Source: Hypanus sabinus (Eukaryota). Taken from it: a DNA stretch of 64,000 bases. Position 1 is the first letter of the stretch; each line of letters begins with the position of its first letter. Below, piece by piece: positions 1-12,790 of this stretch. The stretch covers positions 26,660,001 through 26,724,000 of the forward strand of contig NC_082722.1 in NCBI RefSeq assembly GCF_030144855.1. The letters run 5' to 3'. A program made the position numbers and the translations under genes. The notes beneath the pieces are model-generated. The model was not told the origin of the DNA, searched no databases, and saw only the letters and a list, made by a program, of their open reading frames with translations.

Positions 1-2340
1 TTCTCTCCGTATTGCATTTTTAGTTAAGATCTGCTGTTACTTAAAACTTTCCCAATCATCTGTATTCCCACTCATCTTAGCCCTGTCATACTTCTTTTTC
101 TTTAATGCTATACAATCTCTGACTTCCTTTGTCAACCACTGTGGCCCCTTCCCCCTCTTTGAATCCTTCCTTCTCATTGGAATGAACTGCTTTTGCATCT
201 TTTGTATTATGCCCAAGAATATCTGCCACTGCTGATCCACTGTCTTTCCTGCCAGGGCATCCGCCCATTTAACTTTGGCCAGCTCTTCCCTCATGGCTCC
301 GTAGTCTCCTTTATTTAATTGCAACACTGACACCTCTGATCTGCCCTTATCCCTCTCAAATTGTAGATAAAAATTTATCATGTTATGATCACTACTTCCT
401 AATGGCTCCTTTACTTCAAGATCACTTATCAATTCCTGTTCATTACATATCACCAAGTCCAAAATAGCCTCGTTCCTGGTTGGCTCAAGCACAAGCTGTT
501 CCAAAAATACATCCCTTAGACTCTCCACAAACTCCCTATCCTGGGGTCCAGCACCTACCTGATTCTTCCAGTTCACCTGCATGTTGAAATCTTCCATAAT
601 GACTGCATTACCTTTAGCACATGCCAATGTTAACTCCCTAATCAACTTGTACCCAATGTCCACGCTACTCTTTGGGGGCCTGTACACAACACCCATTAGG
701 GTCTTTTTACCCTTACTGTTCCTCAGCTCAATCCACACAAACTCTACTTCCCCTGTTCCCAAGTCACCTCTTGCTAAGGACTGAATCTCATTCCTCACCA
801 ACAGGGCCACCCCACCCCCTCTTCCCATAATTCTGTCTCTACGATAGCACGTATACCCTGGTACACTCAATTCCCAGGCCTGATCCCCTTGCAGCTATGT
901 CTCCGTTATCCCAACTATATCGTAGTTCCCCATTTTCATCTCTTGCTTCAAGCTCATCTGTCTTATTTCTGACACTACGCGCATTCAAGTATAGAATTCT
1001 TAGCCCATTCCTCCTCTCTTTGCTTAAAACTTTGTCTACTGTACCTAACCCAGCTTCTTGAACTTCCATCGGGCAAATTGCACCCTGAATTTTGATGACC
1101 TTCTCAAGATCACCCAAACCTTCTACACATTTAACCCCATGCACCTTCTGACCAACCCTCTGGATCTGGATCCCTGCCCCATGCACATCTAGTTTAAACA
1201 CCCCCCGAGCAGCACTGGCAAATACTCCTGCAAGAATGTTAATACCCCTCCGGTTCAGATGTAGACCGTCCCTTCGAAACAGATCTCAATGTCCCTGGAG
1301 CAAAGACCAATTATCCAAAAACCTGAACCCTTCCTTCCTGCACCATGCTCTCAGCCTCGTAATAATCTGCATAATCATTCTATTCTTCGCCTCACTCGCA
1401 CGTGGCACAGGTAGCAATCCCGAGATTGTCACCCTGGAGGCCCTGCCTTTCAGCTTCACTCCTAACTCCCTGAACTCTCTAAGCAGGACCCTCTCACTCA
1501 CCTTACCTACATCGTTGGTCCCTACATGGACCACTACATCTGGGTTCATGCCCTCATCCTCAAGAATAGCATGCACCCGATCTGAGATGTACCGGACCCT
1601 GGCACCAGGGAGGCAACATACCATCCGAGACTCCAGATCCGCCCCACAAAATCTCCTATCTGCCCCCCTAACTATAGAGTCCCCTAAAACTATCGCTCTC
1701 TTCTCTTCCCTCCTCCCCTTTCTAGTTGAGGGTTCAACCTCTGTGCCAGAGGCAGGACCACTACAACTCATTCCTGGTAGGTCATCCCCATCAACAGTAT
1801 CCTGTACGGTATACTTATTGTTAATGGGAATGGCCGCAGGGGTGCTCTGCTCTCTCTGCCTGCTCCCCCTGCCTCTCTGGACCGTCACCCATCTGCCTAT
1901 TTCTTGGTTTTTTAGTGTGACTACCTCCTGATAACTCCTATCTATCTCTGCCTCCACCTCCCGAATGATCCGTAGTTCATCCAGCCCCAGCTCCAACTCC
2001 CTAACTCGGGCTGATAGGAGCTGCAGCTGGACGCACCTATTGCAGGTGTGGTCATCAGGGACAACTGTGTTGACCCTGACTTCCCACATACCGCATACGG
2101 AGCACACCACTGCTCTGACTGTCTCCCCCATACCTGAACTGGATTAATAGAATAAGTCTAAAAAGCACCTTGCGACCTTACCTTCTTCCCCTCAGCGAGC
2201 AATCACACAAACTTACCGAAGTCCCCTTACGCCGAAGCCCACTTAACCGAAGCCCAGGACTCTGCTTCCACGGTCTCCGGAAACCATAGGGAGAACAAAC
2301 CATTTCGCAAAGACCGCCAACCGGAGGAGCGCGTTATCTA
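1..2340 (-). mobile_element. 5' part of a CR1-clade LINE (ORF1 plus ORF2 endonuclease), antisense within an intron of receptor copy A
   Basis: ORF 1286-2131 has a Cys-rich N-terminus (CSVCGMWE..CNRC), a coiled coil and SGNH/GDSL esterase motifs (IVLGDSIVRG, VVVHVGTND). ORFs 839-1201 and 37-870 are a frameshifted APE endonuclease (LYLNARS, GGGVALLV, GVVYRPP, LGSSDHNMI). Confidence 0.9.
1286..2131 (-). CDS. CR1 ORF1p (zinc finger, coiled coil, SGNH esterase), C-terminally frameshifted
   Basis: 281-aa ORF with GDSIV and HVGTND motifs; it ends prematurely at FLDNWSLLQGH. Confidence 0.8.
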   Translation of the reverse strand: MGETVRAVVCSVCGMWEVRVNTVVPDDHTCNRCVQLQLLSARVRELELGLDELRIIREVEAEIDRSYQEVVTLKNQEIGRWVTVQRGRGSRQREQSTPAAIPINNKYTVQDTVDGDDLPGMSCSGPASGTEVEPSTRKGRREEKRAIVLGDSIVRGADRRFCGADLESRMVCCLPGARVRYISDRVHAILEDEGMNPDVVVHVGTNDVGKVSERVLLREFRELGVKLKGRASRVTISGLLPVPRASEAKNRMIMQIITRLRAWCRKEGFRFLDNWSLLQGH

Positions 2341-2399
2341 TTCCCAGGTAAATCAGAGAGAGTAGCGTGACTATGATATAGATTTGCATTAAATATATA

Positions 2400-2520
2400 G
2401 CACGGGAACAGGCCGTTCCGGTGCTACTAGCCCGTGCCGCTCAGTCACACCTCACACCCACGTGACCAATTGAGCTCCTAACCTGTAAGTCATTGGAGGA
2501 AACCGGAACATCCCAGAGGG
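2400..2520 (-). mobile_element. SINE fragment (V-SINE-like)
   Basis: ggaggaaaccggaacatcccagaggg resembles the reverse complement of the V-SINE core also seen at 40.3 kb. Confidence 0.45.
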
Positions 2521-2532
2521 TTCATATTTATT

Positions 2533-2541
<9 letters not shown>

Positions 2542-2565
<24 letters not shown>
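2542..2565. repeat. (TG)n(TA)n microsatellite
   Basis: Direct reading of the sequence. Confidence 0.9.
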
Positions 2566-2567
<2 letters not shown>

Positions 2568-2636
2568 AATCATCATCCAATAGGAAGTTAATTTTCCAAA
2601 CTTGAGGATACCATTGCACTGAATACACCATTACAG

Positions 2637-2659
2637 GATACACTGTAACAAAATATACA
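2637..2659 (+). CDS. Receptor copy A, cytoplasmic mini-exon (G)YTVTKYT, phase 1 to 0
   Basis: ttacag|GATACACTGTAACAAAATATACA|gtgagt has a strong donor. Its phase fits the phase-0 tail exon at 3860, and its start resembles the copy D mini-exon (GG TGC ACT). The polypyrimidine tract is weak. Confidence 0.5.
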
Positions 2660-2739
2660 GTGAGTCATAGCTAATCCCCTTTCAGTGAAACAACTTCACT
2701 TTCTGGTACAAGCATAATATTTTTCTGCTATCTGTGGAG

Positions 2740-3205
2740 ACTCCAACCTGAAGGCATAAATGTCGATTTCTCTAACATTTGTGAATTTCTCCAACATTCC
2801 ATTCTCTCTTTTTTTTTTCAACTTTTATCTTCTCGTCATCTGCCCATCAGGCTGCCCTCCACCTACGTGCTCCTTCTCCTTCCATTTTGCAGGGGCCACT
2901 GTCCTCCCGTCTCTGACTCCTTCATACACCGTTTACCTTTTCCACCCAACACCTCCCAGCTTCTTACGTCACTCCCACCCCAGTCATCCACATACCTTCG
3001 CACTCACCTGGTTTCACCTGTCACCTGCTAAATTTCCCACACCCCCTCCACACCTTTATATTCAGAATTCTATTCTCTCATTTCCGGTCCCGATAAAGCG
3101 TCTCTATCAGAAGGTTTATTTACCTTCTTGCATGTTGCCTTTCCTAATGAATTGCTTCAGTATTCTGTTTGCATTCTTCAAGATTTCCAGTATCTGCAGA
3201 ATCTC
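2740..3205 (+). mobile_element. Penelope-like element 3' fragment
   Basis: ctccaacctgaaggcataaatgtcgatttctct, then a pyrimidine-rich tract and the terminal ...cagtatctgcagaatctct; the same layout recurs at 11.7, 29.3 and 60.9 kb. Confidence 0.6.
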
Positions 3206-3859
3206 TGGAGATTACTTTTTCCTTACATTCACACATTTAATTTCACATGTAATTTGCACGTGAAAAACGCCAAAAAGCCCAAAACTGGTAATGCCATCCT
3301 TCCCAACGCCCATTATCAGCTCCATAATAAACACGAGTGACCGATAATAACTGAAGAGAACTGAACTACCAGAAATTTCGAACTGTGACAACACTTTAAT
3401 CAGAAAGCCTGACTGAAGAAAGTGCCAACATTTATTCTATCAGTTATGAGAGGTCCACTGACAACAATGTCCATGTGCATTTGGAACTGTGTTGGCAGGT
3501 GTGGCTGAGCAAACACCTTTGAGATCCATAAACGAAACAAAATGCGGCAATCAGACACAGATGACAGATAATACGATTGTACTATAAGTTAGCCAATTGT
3601 TTTGTACCATATCTGCTATTTCAAGGATTTCTCTATAGTCGTAACTTGATTTTGTTAAAGTTCTTTTTAGGTAAAGAAAGAAAACGCTAATATATAAATC
3701 ATTAAGGGAAATCTTGAAACAACGTTGATATAATTATGTTCAAGCATAAGCAACCTAAAATTCATTACTGTTAAGTACAGCTCTAATTTATGTTACAATC
3801 GTGTGATTCAATTAATCACTAATGCTCCACTTAACGCTGATTTTGGATTTCTTTCATAG

Positions 3860-3991
3860 ACTAAAGGAAATGGAGCTGACAAAATGACTTATGCCGCTCT
3901 GCAGATTCCCGATTCGAATTACACACAGGCATCCAAACATCGAAGCAAACATACATTGTACACAAATGTAAATACATCAAAGAATCTGTGA
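3860..3991 (+). CDS. Receptor copy A, terminal cytoplasmic exon with ITIM-like (MTYAAL) and ITSM (TLYTNV) motifs
   Basis: ctttcatag| then TKGNGADKMTYAALQIPDSNYTQASKHRSKHTLYTNVNTSKNL*. Homologous exons occur at 25118, 25966, 41083 and 62532. Confidence 0.8.
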   Translation, partial: TKGNGADKMTYAALQIPDSNYTQASKHRSKHTLYTNVNTSKNL

Positions 3992-4175
3992 AGCTGAGAA
4001 TCCAATTACAGTTCAGAGTCATATATTATCAATGGCTGTAGGCCAGAGCATCGCCACGTTTCGTTTCTTGCATCCACCAGGGGTTGATGATCGATGTCAC
4101 ATGTAACAATTGCGAAGATAAATGATCATTTTGCTCTTCGACTGGTCTCCGATTCATTAGAGGCAATTGTCATAA

Positions 4176-4218
4176 AATAAAAGCAAAGAAAGAAAATGAA
4201 TGAAAGGACAATAATAAA
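4176..4218 (+). terminator. Candidate polyadenylation signals of copy A (AATAAA at 4176 and 4213)
   Basis: Two AATAAA hexamers about 190-220 nt after the stop codon. Confidence 0.4.
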
Positions 4219-5284
4219 CTATTCTAACCCTGTCTACCGCCCGGCCATTTAAGGTGATAATGCCTGATATGCTCAGTCGTAGTCTCCTCTTCCGGTCTAC
4301 TGCACAGACCCAATCATTCCAAGAAAAAAAAACCGTTCTTTCTCCTTCAACGTTTCCCAATAGTTTTGCCCCCACAGACATGACAGGATGAGAAGTAAAT
4401 CCACCAGTGGCGAGGATTTTTTTTTTGACATGGAAAACACGCCAATTAAAAATCTATTCTTGCACACTTGCATCAACGTTCAACCGAGGGAAATATAGAT
4501 CGGACGATGTTCGAATATTCGCAGCGCGTTCTCGTGACAACACTTCTCTGGCTCAATTTTGATGGAGAGAGAAACAGAACAGAGATTTCTGATTGGTAAC
4601 CCGATGAATAGCTATAAATCTAACGCTTTCACTTACTGTCACACCCTTGATCACCCTTGATTCTCCCGGCAACCTTATACGTTATAACCGAAAGTATCGT
4701 GGAATTTGCAGTAATTGCAAGATGTTTGTGAAAACTCTTTATCTATGTCAACGATCCCGATGGCGAGGAAAAAGTTTTGATTTTATGTGAAAAATCCATT
4801 CACATGCAAAATATTACACAATTCGCTGGCTTACATGAAGAGTCTCATCCGAATGTTAAAAAGATTCGTTCAGTAGTCTCTAGTATTACCTCGGGTTGTC
4901 AAATCGAAATTGATTTAAACGGATAACCCTTATTTATTTGCTGCATTTGAAGCTTCCCAAATCTTTCATCCCAATAGGTAAATATATGTTTTCCTTTCTT
5001 AAACGTACTTTCAAAGAGCGACATACTTTTTTCAGTGCAAGATTCAATTAACAAGCATCTGTTGAATTAAAAACAATCCGGTCAGTATTTGTGAAATGCA
5101 ATTGAAACAGATTAGGTATCTGCAGCTTTTTTCCCCTCGAATGCGATTCCCATCATTCCCTTCCAGTCGGAGAATATACTTTGCAATTCTAACTCCAGGC
5201 TGGTACTTTTTCACTCAAATTGATTTCATGCCCTCTTTCTCTTTCTCTTTCCCTCGCTCACTCCCTCTCTCTCTCACCCAGACA

Positions 5285-5453
5285 NNNNNNNNNNNNNNNN
5301 NNNNNNNNNNNNNNNNNNNNNNNNNNNNNNNNNNNNNNNNNNNNNNNNNNNNNNNNNNNNNNNNNNNNNNNNNNNNNNNNNNNNNNNNNNNNNNNNNNNN
5401 NNNNNNNNNNNNNNNNNNNNNNNNNNNNNNNNNNNNNNNNNNNNNNNNNNNNN
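5285..5453. other. N run (169 nt)
   Basis: Ns flanked by a (CT)n tract. Confidence 0.95.
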
Positions 5454-5849
5454 AGAGTTTACTGCCGATTATTGAATCGGACAACTCGAAAAAGAGCGAC
5501 GCAGCAGCACCGTAACTCAACGAGGTTTTTTATTTGTTTTTCCCTTCTCACTAGGTTTGACACCTCTCTGTCCCTTTATTAGGGAGACAGGGAGATGCGA
5601 CATGTTGAATTCGTTGACATGTCGATTAGTTTTACTGTATTGCAAATGATCGTCACTTTTGGGATCTTTGCAATTGTATGCTTGCAAGGGTAGGAGCAAC
5701 AGTGGGGGGGGGTGGTAAGTGGTACTTGTGCGTGGAAGGGGAGGAGAGGGATCCCCAGAACCTAACGTTTTCTAACGTTTCAAGCCCCATTTTTAACGTT
5801 TCTGCTGTCATTCGTTGTTTGGTGTACTCTTCTGATTTAATGGATGTCC

Positions 5850-6745
5850 GCGAAGGCCACGAATTTCAGGTTGTATATTGTATGCATTCTCCGATAATAA
5901 ATTGGACAACATACTGTCTCTCCAACGATTTGTACAGTTGAACATGACTTCCCAGGTCCTGTACACATTGCCAGAACTTGCTCTCAACTTCCGTAGGACG
6001 AAAGAGACGCTGGTGGACTTCAGGAAGTGTAAGACGAAGGAATACTCACCAATCTTTATAAAGGGATCAGAAGTGGGGAGAACGATCATTTCCAAGCCCC
6101 TGGGTGTCAGGCTGTCTGTGGATATAACCTAGACCCGATATATCAATGCCGATATTAAGAAGGCAATGCATCGACTATCCTTCGTTACGTGTTTGAAGAG
6201 ATGTGGTATGTCAACAAATACACTCAAAAACTTCTATAGCTGTATTGTGGAGAGCATTCTGACAGGCCGTGTCAGTGTCTGGTATGGGGCGGGAGGAGGA
6301 GGGAGACCGGCTGCGCAGGCCTGAAAGAAGGTGCAGATTGTTGTAGATTTAGACGGATCGATCTCAGGTATAAGCCTACAAGGTACTCAAGAGATGTTTA
6401 AGGGGTGGTGTTTCAGAAAGCACCGTCCATTATTAAGGACGTGCTGCAACCAGGGCATGCCCTTTTCTCACTGTTACCAGCAAGTAGGAAGTACCGAAGC
6501 CTGAAGGCACACACTCAGCAATTCAGGATCAGCTTCTTCCCCTCTGCGATCGGATTCCTAAATGAACATTTACCCCGTAAAAACTACCACGGTAATCTAT
6601 TTAATATAGGTATACTCTAGTAGATCTATTTAGCTACTTATTTCTGTATTTATTTGTTTTTCTTTTTCTACATTATGTATTGCATTGAACTGCTGCTGCT
6701 AATTTCACGACACGTGCCGGTGATCAGAAACCTGATTCTTATTCC
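5850..6745 (+). mobile_element. Rex1/Babar-like LINE 3' fragment (RT C-terminus and 3' UTR)
   Basis: ORF 5878-6132 (LALNFRRTKETLVDFRK), HPGHALFSLLP..RKYRSLK motif, and an aaacctgattct-type tail. Confidence 0.7.
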
Positions 6746-6759
6746 GAAGTTTGATTCAA

Positions 6760-7520
6760 TTGTGACAAAGAACTTCTTGACCAGCCTGTCCACCTCTGTC
6801 GACAAATTTACAGATCAACGTGCCTGTATCTCTCAGTCACCATGTTCTACTTCAGCGCCCAGGGCAATCTTTTGCGCAATTCCTGTCCCAGTGTAACTAA
6901 CGAAAATGTAGCTCTTTGCAAATATCCCAGCTAAGCTCTATCCACAATTTCTAGGCCCACATTCCCAGTTCCTCGTCTTAGTTAAATTTCACTGTCTGGT
7001 ATATCATTAATTCCTCTGCATCCTGAGATTTATTAACAACTTGAAAATAATATTAACTATTTCAGAGATGTCAGACAATACTGGAACTAGGGCCTATCTC
7101 TTCATTACATCACTAGCTGCAAGTTTTTACTCTCGGTATCAAGTCGCCACTGTCACTATCTGATTCCTCTATGAAAATAATTTCTGTTCTTGTGTTCATT
7201 TGGCCGGCTCACTCTGGCTCTCGTGTCACCCAGCATTTTATACTAGGTTGTTATACGGGACCGTGCAAAATTCTATTAAGATATAGTCCATTGTCCTGCC
7301 CTCAGCAATTGCCTGCATAGCTCTTCAAAACAAATGATTCAAGTTTGTGAGAGAGGATTCCCCATGAGCAATCAATGCTTACAGTCACTATTATACTCGT
7401 CACCTTTCCAAATTCTGATAGATTCTGACCTTCATTCCACTATCTTTCCCAGAACCGATATTTGGCTTGTCACCTGTAGTTGTGGGCCTTCTTAAATTAA
7501 TGCGCATTGGCAACTTTTCA
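6760..7520 (-). mobile_element. Degraded CR1 RT fragment
   Basis: The reverse complement resembles CR1 RT segments (ggattccccatgagcaatc.., gcaattgcc); no open frame. Confidence 0.45.
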
Positions 7521-7559
7521 ATGCTCCGTTAGCAAATTCCTGTTTAAAGACAGTACTGA

Positions 7560-10500
7560 CTTCTCGCTTATTTAAAACGAGAACTTCGCGGGCGTTCGTC
7601 CATTGTGCGGGGACTATCAGCGGCGGCAAATGAGCTCGACGAACTTAGTCAAAGTGCAGAATGTATAGGCGGAGAGGCCATTGTCGGGAGTAGGCCAGTG
7701 GCAAGATTGAAGCGACAGGCTATGGCTCACTCAGGCTTCTACGAAAGCGATCTTCGACCAGTTGGTGGACTTTTTTAAGTTTTTCTTTGCAGATTTAGAT
7801 GAAAAGCATGTTGGTAGGCTTAGTATTTTGCTCTGAGTGTTAGATGTGGGAATCCCAGGAATATTTCAGTCTCCCAGAACGCAACATTTACGCCAGGTGC
7901 ACCGATATACAGCTCCTGACAGTCCGAGTTAGGGATCTGAAGCGGCGGCTCGATGACCTACAGCTTATTAGGGAGAGTGAACAGTAGTTAGAGAGGACCT
8001 AGAGAGAGTTAATCACCCCGAGGCTGCATCGTCAGATAAGCGGAGTAAAGAGATCAGAAAGCAGAGAGCACCCCTGTTGCCATCCCCCTCGGAAATCGTT
8101 GCCTCGTTTTGGAAACAGTTGAAGGGGACGACTTGACAGAGGATGACTACGGCGATCGGGTCTGAGGCACTATGCCTGGTTCCATGGTGCAGAAGGGAAA
8201 GATGATTACGAGGAATGCAGTAATCATAGGGGTTTCCATTGTGAGGGAACAGACAGGAGGTTCTGTCAGCCTGATAGAGGAACCTGCATGGTTTGTTGCC
8301 TCCCATGTGCCAGGGAACGAATTGTCTGGGATCGGGTACAGAGTATTGTGAAGGCAGAGGAGGGTGAACATCCAGATGTTGTGGTACTCTTTGGTACGAA
8401 TGACATAGGTCGAAAAAGAGAGGAGGTCCTCAAAAGAGAATTCAGTGAGTTAAGTTGGAAGCTGAAATACAGGACCTCTAGAGCAGTAATTTCAGTATTG
8501 CTACCTGTGCCACTGGCTAGCCAGTGCAAGAATAGCATGATCAGGCGTATTAATGTGTGGCTGATAGACTAATGTGGCAGGGCTTCAGATTCCTGGATTA
8601 TTGGAGCGGCTTCTGGAGAAGTAAGACCCGTACAACGTGGACGGACTGGACCTGAACCCAAAGGCGTCCAATTTCCTAGCAGGCACATTTAATAGATCTG
8701 TTAGAAAGAGTTTAAAAAAAATTGACAGGGGATGGGGAAACGGAGTGATGGGGTCGAGAAAGTTGAGAACAGAAATAAGTCAAAGATAGAGCGCAACAGA
8801 GGAGAGAAAGAACAGACAAGAGATGAGACTTATTCACAGCCACTGGCATGGGTTACAGGGGAATACAGACGTCGTGTAGTTAAAGTAGAAAACAATACAT
8901 ACTGGGCTGATAGTGTTATATTTACATACACGCAGCATAAAGAATAAAATGGACGATTTTGAAATTCAGCTACAGATTGGCAAATATCACTTTGTGTCCA
9001 TCGCTGAATATTGGCTAAACGATGGCTGTCATTGTGAGCCTAAATTCATAGGTTACACGCAGTATCAGAGAGATAGATTAGTAGGCCGAGGGGGCTGGTG
9101 TGGCTCTGAGTATAAGAAATCATATTAAATCATTATAAAGAGATGACTTAGGTTTGGAAGGTGAAGAGACTCTTGGGTTCAGTTAAGAAATGGCAAAGGT
9201 AAAAAGACCTCTAATGGCAGTTGTCTGCAGCCCTCCAAACAACATCCGGGATGTTGATTTCAATTTACAGAGGAGATAGAAAAGGCGTGCCAGAAAGGCA
9301 ATGTCATAATCATCGTGGGGATTTTAGCATGTAAGTGTATTGGAAAAGCCAGAACAGTATTGGACCTCGAGAGAGAACTTGTAGGTTGTTCAAGGGAGGG
9401 ATTTTTTAGAACAGTTAGCTGCTGAGCCCACGATGAGATCGGCTGTGTTGGATTGGGTGTTGTGCAGTGATCCGGTGGAGATAAGAGAGCTTAATGTTAT
9501 GGAACTCTTAGGGAACAGATATCACAACATGATCGAGTTCACACTGAAATTTGAGAGGGATAAAATAAAATCTGAAGTGTCATTATTTCAGTGATATAAA
9601 TGACATTACAATGGCATGAGAGGGGAATTGGTCGAAGTTGACTCCAAAGGGACATTTGCAAGAAAGAGAGCAGAGCATAAATGGCTGGGGTTTCTGCAAA
9701 AAAAAAGTAAAAAATGAGGGAAGTGCAAGACAGATATATTGCAAATAAGACGAAATTTTCAAAGGGAGGAAGGACAGCACCGTGGCTGACAAGTGAAGTT
9801 AAAGCCAAAGTAAAGGCGAAAGGGAGGGCAGCCAAGCGCATCAGAGCTAGTGGGAAGATAAAGAATTGGAAAGCTTTTAAAAACCTGCAGAAGGACGAGA
9901 TGAATTATTATAGGAAGCTAGTGAATAATATCAAAGAAGATACTAAAAGTATTTTTTAAGTATTTAAAGGGTAATGGGCAGTCGAGGGTAGATCGAGGAC
10001 CAATATAAAATAACGCTGGAGCAGTTGTGATAAGAGATGCAGAGATGGCAGAGGAACTGAATGCACATTTTGCATCAGTCTTGACAGCGGAAGACGTCTG
10101 TAGAATACCGGACATATTAGAAGTGTTGAGGCAAAAAGGGATTTGAAGATGCACAATGACACATCAGGATCCCGATAAGAAGGCGTTTAGCCTCGTTGCC
10201 CTCTTAGCAGAATATTGACAGGAACTGGGACATGTTGTACCAACGGACAATGGCTAGGCCGGTCATGGAGTGGCGTGTGCTATTCTGGTCACCACAGATA
10301 GCACGCAGTAGAGTTAGGACGATTGCAAAAGAGATCTCCTGGGACACTGCTCTGAGATATTGGATGGACATGGTCTGTTTACTCTGGAGTACAGTTGACT
10401 GCGGGATAACATTATGAATTTGAAAATAAAACAATTGTTACGGACATTAATATGTCAGACGCTCATAGCCAATTTCTCAAGACAGAGAATCCAAATCTAG

Positions 10501-10620
10501 AAGACATAGTTGTGAACTGAGAGAGAAAATATTTTAAAGGGAACTGGGCACTGCATGGTTTTCAGACAGAGGGCGGTAGGTATACGTTAGAGGAATTGGT
10601 ACCTTGCCGGAGGCAGGTAT
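7560..10620 (+). mobile_element. Degraded, partly deleted CR1 (5' UTR, esterase ORF1, endonuclease, RT remnants)
   Basis: ORF 8288-8572 (VCCLPCAR..DVVVLFGTNDIG..AVISVLLPVP) parallels the ORF1 at 1286-2131. It is followed by endonuclease remnants (8913-9128) and PWLTSEVKAKVKAK (9714-9959). Confidence 0.8.
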
Positions 10621-11419
10621 AAGAACAGCTACGTAAATATTTCGTTCTGAATGGATGAAGAGTTTGGAAAAGCCCTTTTCCATGATGTACTCCTGTATTC
10701 AATGTTTTCTCTCAGCTGATGATCTACAACAAACTGCTCGTTAAGGTTATCAGGAAATTACAGAGAGCAGAGAATAGAAAGACACTATCGATCCCACTGT
10801 TGATATCATGGAAAGCCTTTGTAGTTAAAATTTACACGTGTTTCAAAAATCAATTTGCGGACTGTTGGCTTTTATTAAAGCTCCACGTTTAGGTTGCAGA
10901 CAATGTTTTTTTCATATAAAGTGACTTCAAAGCCTCTTCCACGCAAGTGAATATTTCTCATGTTTTTCTGCGATATACGTGTTTCGATTCTACGGCGTCT
11001 GCATTCTGAAAAGCGAATAATAAGAAGCTTCATCACAAAGTTAAAAAATAGTGTTTTAAATTTTAATATTTAAGCCTATGGGATCCTGACAGTCTTCCAA
11101 GCGTGAACGGTTACATCATTAGCGCCTATTTGGAGAATGATTGCGGTTTATTTCCATTTAAGACAGAGAATTATGAAATGTGGTCGGATATTGACGTTAG
11201 ATCGCACAGTAAAACAAAGAAGTGGCCGTTCTATGAATAAAAGGATATTATTTGTGTAATTAATTTCACAGCCGAGATAGATTCTAGACTGACATAGCGA
11301 TGTAAATGACTTTGAAGTGTTGTCAAAGTTGTACTAAAATGGCTAAAGACATCAGTTTGTTTCGAATCGAAAATATTAATCTAAATGGAATGAAGACAAA
11401 TTAAAAATTATAGCTTCCT

Positions 11420-12185
11420 CATTCCTTTCAGGGCCACGAACAATGAGTCAACACTTCACCTGCGAATCGGCTGGGGCTGTGTGTTGTAGCCAAAGCTACC
11501 GATGCGTCCTCCTCTGCATTGGTGAGACTCGTCGTAAACTGGGAACCACTTTTTCAAGCATCTCCAGTTCATCATAAAACGCGTGCTGGATTTTCTAGTG
11601 GCCGATTATTTTGATTTTGTCCATACAGTTTCCGACAAGACGATTCATATCCTCTTCTGATGCCTTCATGAGGCTACTCTCAGGGTGGGCGAGCAACACT
11701 TGGGATTCAGTCCAGGTATCCTCCAACCCGAGGACAAGAGCATCGACTTCTCCTTCAACTATTTTTCCCTCCCACGTCTCTCTTTTGCTCCCACCTCTTG
11801 TCCTCTTCTCTGCTCTCCAGCCGACAACTTTCCCTTCTGTCCCACCTCCTTCCTTTCCCCCCGTAGTCTACTCTCCTTCCAAACAGACTTCTGATTCTCC
11901 AACTTTTTGCATTTTCAACCTCTTACCTCCCAGCTGCTTGAGTCATCCCACCGCCCAGCTGCACAAGCTCCTGTCCTCCAACCCATCAAAGCCCATTCAA
12001 CCTGTCTTCACCAATCACTTTTTAATTTGTCTTTCTTTTCACCGCCATTTTATTCTGCAACCTTCCCTCCTACCATCCAAACCTAACGAAGGGACTCGGA
12101 CCGAAACGTTGACCGTTCATTAATTTCCATGGATGCTGCCTGGTCTGCTGAGTTCACTTTGTGTGTGTTGCTCTGGAATTCCAGT
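11420..12185 (+). mobile_element. Penelope-like element: GIY-YIG endonuclease remnant plus terminal repeat
   Basis: QHFTCESAGAVCC..LLCIGETRRKLG translates at about 11450-11550; it ends with gaagggactcggaccgaaacgttgac..gatgctgcctggtctgctgag. Confidence 0.7.
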
Positions 12186-12790
12186 ATATGCAGAATCTTT
12201 TGCGTGACTGTTATTAATGCTCTTTTACAGTCCTTTGAAAAATATTCGATCTTCGCTGAAAATGGGAATACTGGGAGCTAAAGGTGATGTGCTGTGTCTG
12301 ACGGGGAATTGCTTCGATTGCTGCCGCTGAGAGGAGGGAAGAAGGGGCACACGGCATGCTGAAGTCTCTTTGGTCTTGGACTTAACAACTCGCTGTGTTT
12401 TCAAAGACTTGAATGAAGTAATACAAGACCATGGGGATGGATATAAGGTTAGATACCACAGTAATTCCTGGATAACAAAAGCAAAATTTTCAGGAAAAAA
12501 ACGATGTCCGCAAAAAACAGAGGAAATGTGGAGATTACAAGTTAGTTGATCATAGAGCGTCAGGGAGAGCAAAACAGATCTAACATTTCTGTTTGATCGC
12601 CTAATGAATGGTCGTACACTAAGGGATTGATGTTGTTTCCCACTCATTGATACTCCCTACACTACCGAACACCATCCTCATTATAGTACAGGTACAGTGG
12701 TATTTGCAATCCTTGCAACATGCCTGTAAGTACTTTTGAACTATGACAACGTTCCTGATGGCTTCCGAAAGATTTTATGTGATAAACCCG

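Noticed and set aside
5096-5582. ORFs spanning N runs (also 13000-13417)
   Set aside because: Artefacts of undefined bases.
11611-12123. Long P/S/L/F-rich ORFs (also 2760-3263, 46424-47191, 60940-61290)
   Set aside because: They arise from pyrimidine-rich Penelope-derived tracts that are naturally poor in stop codons; no protein motifs.
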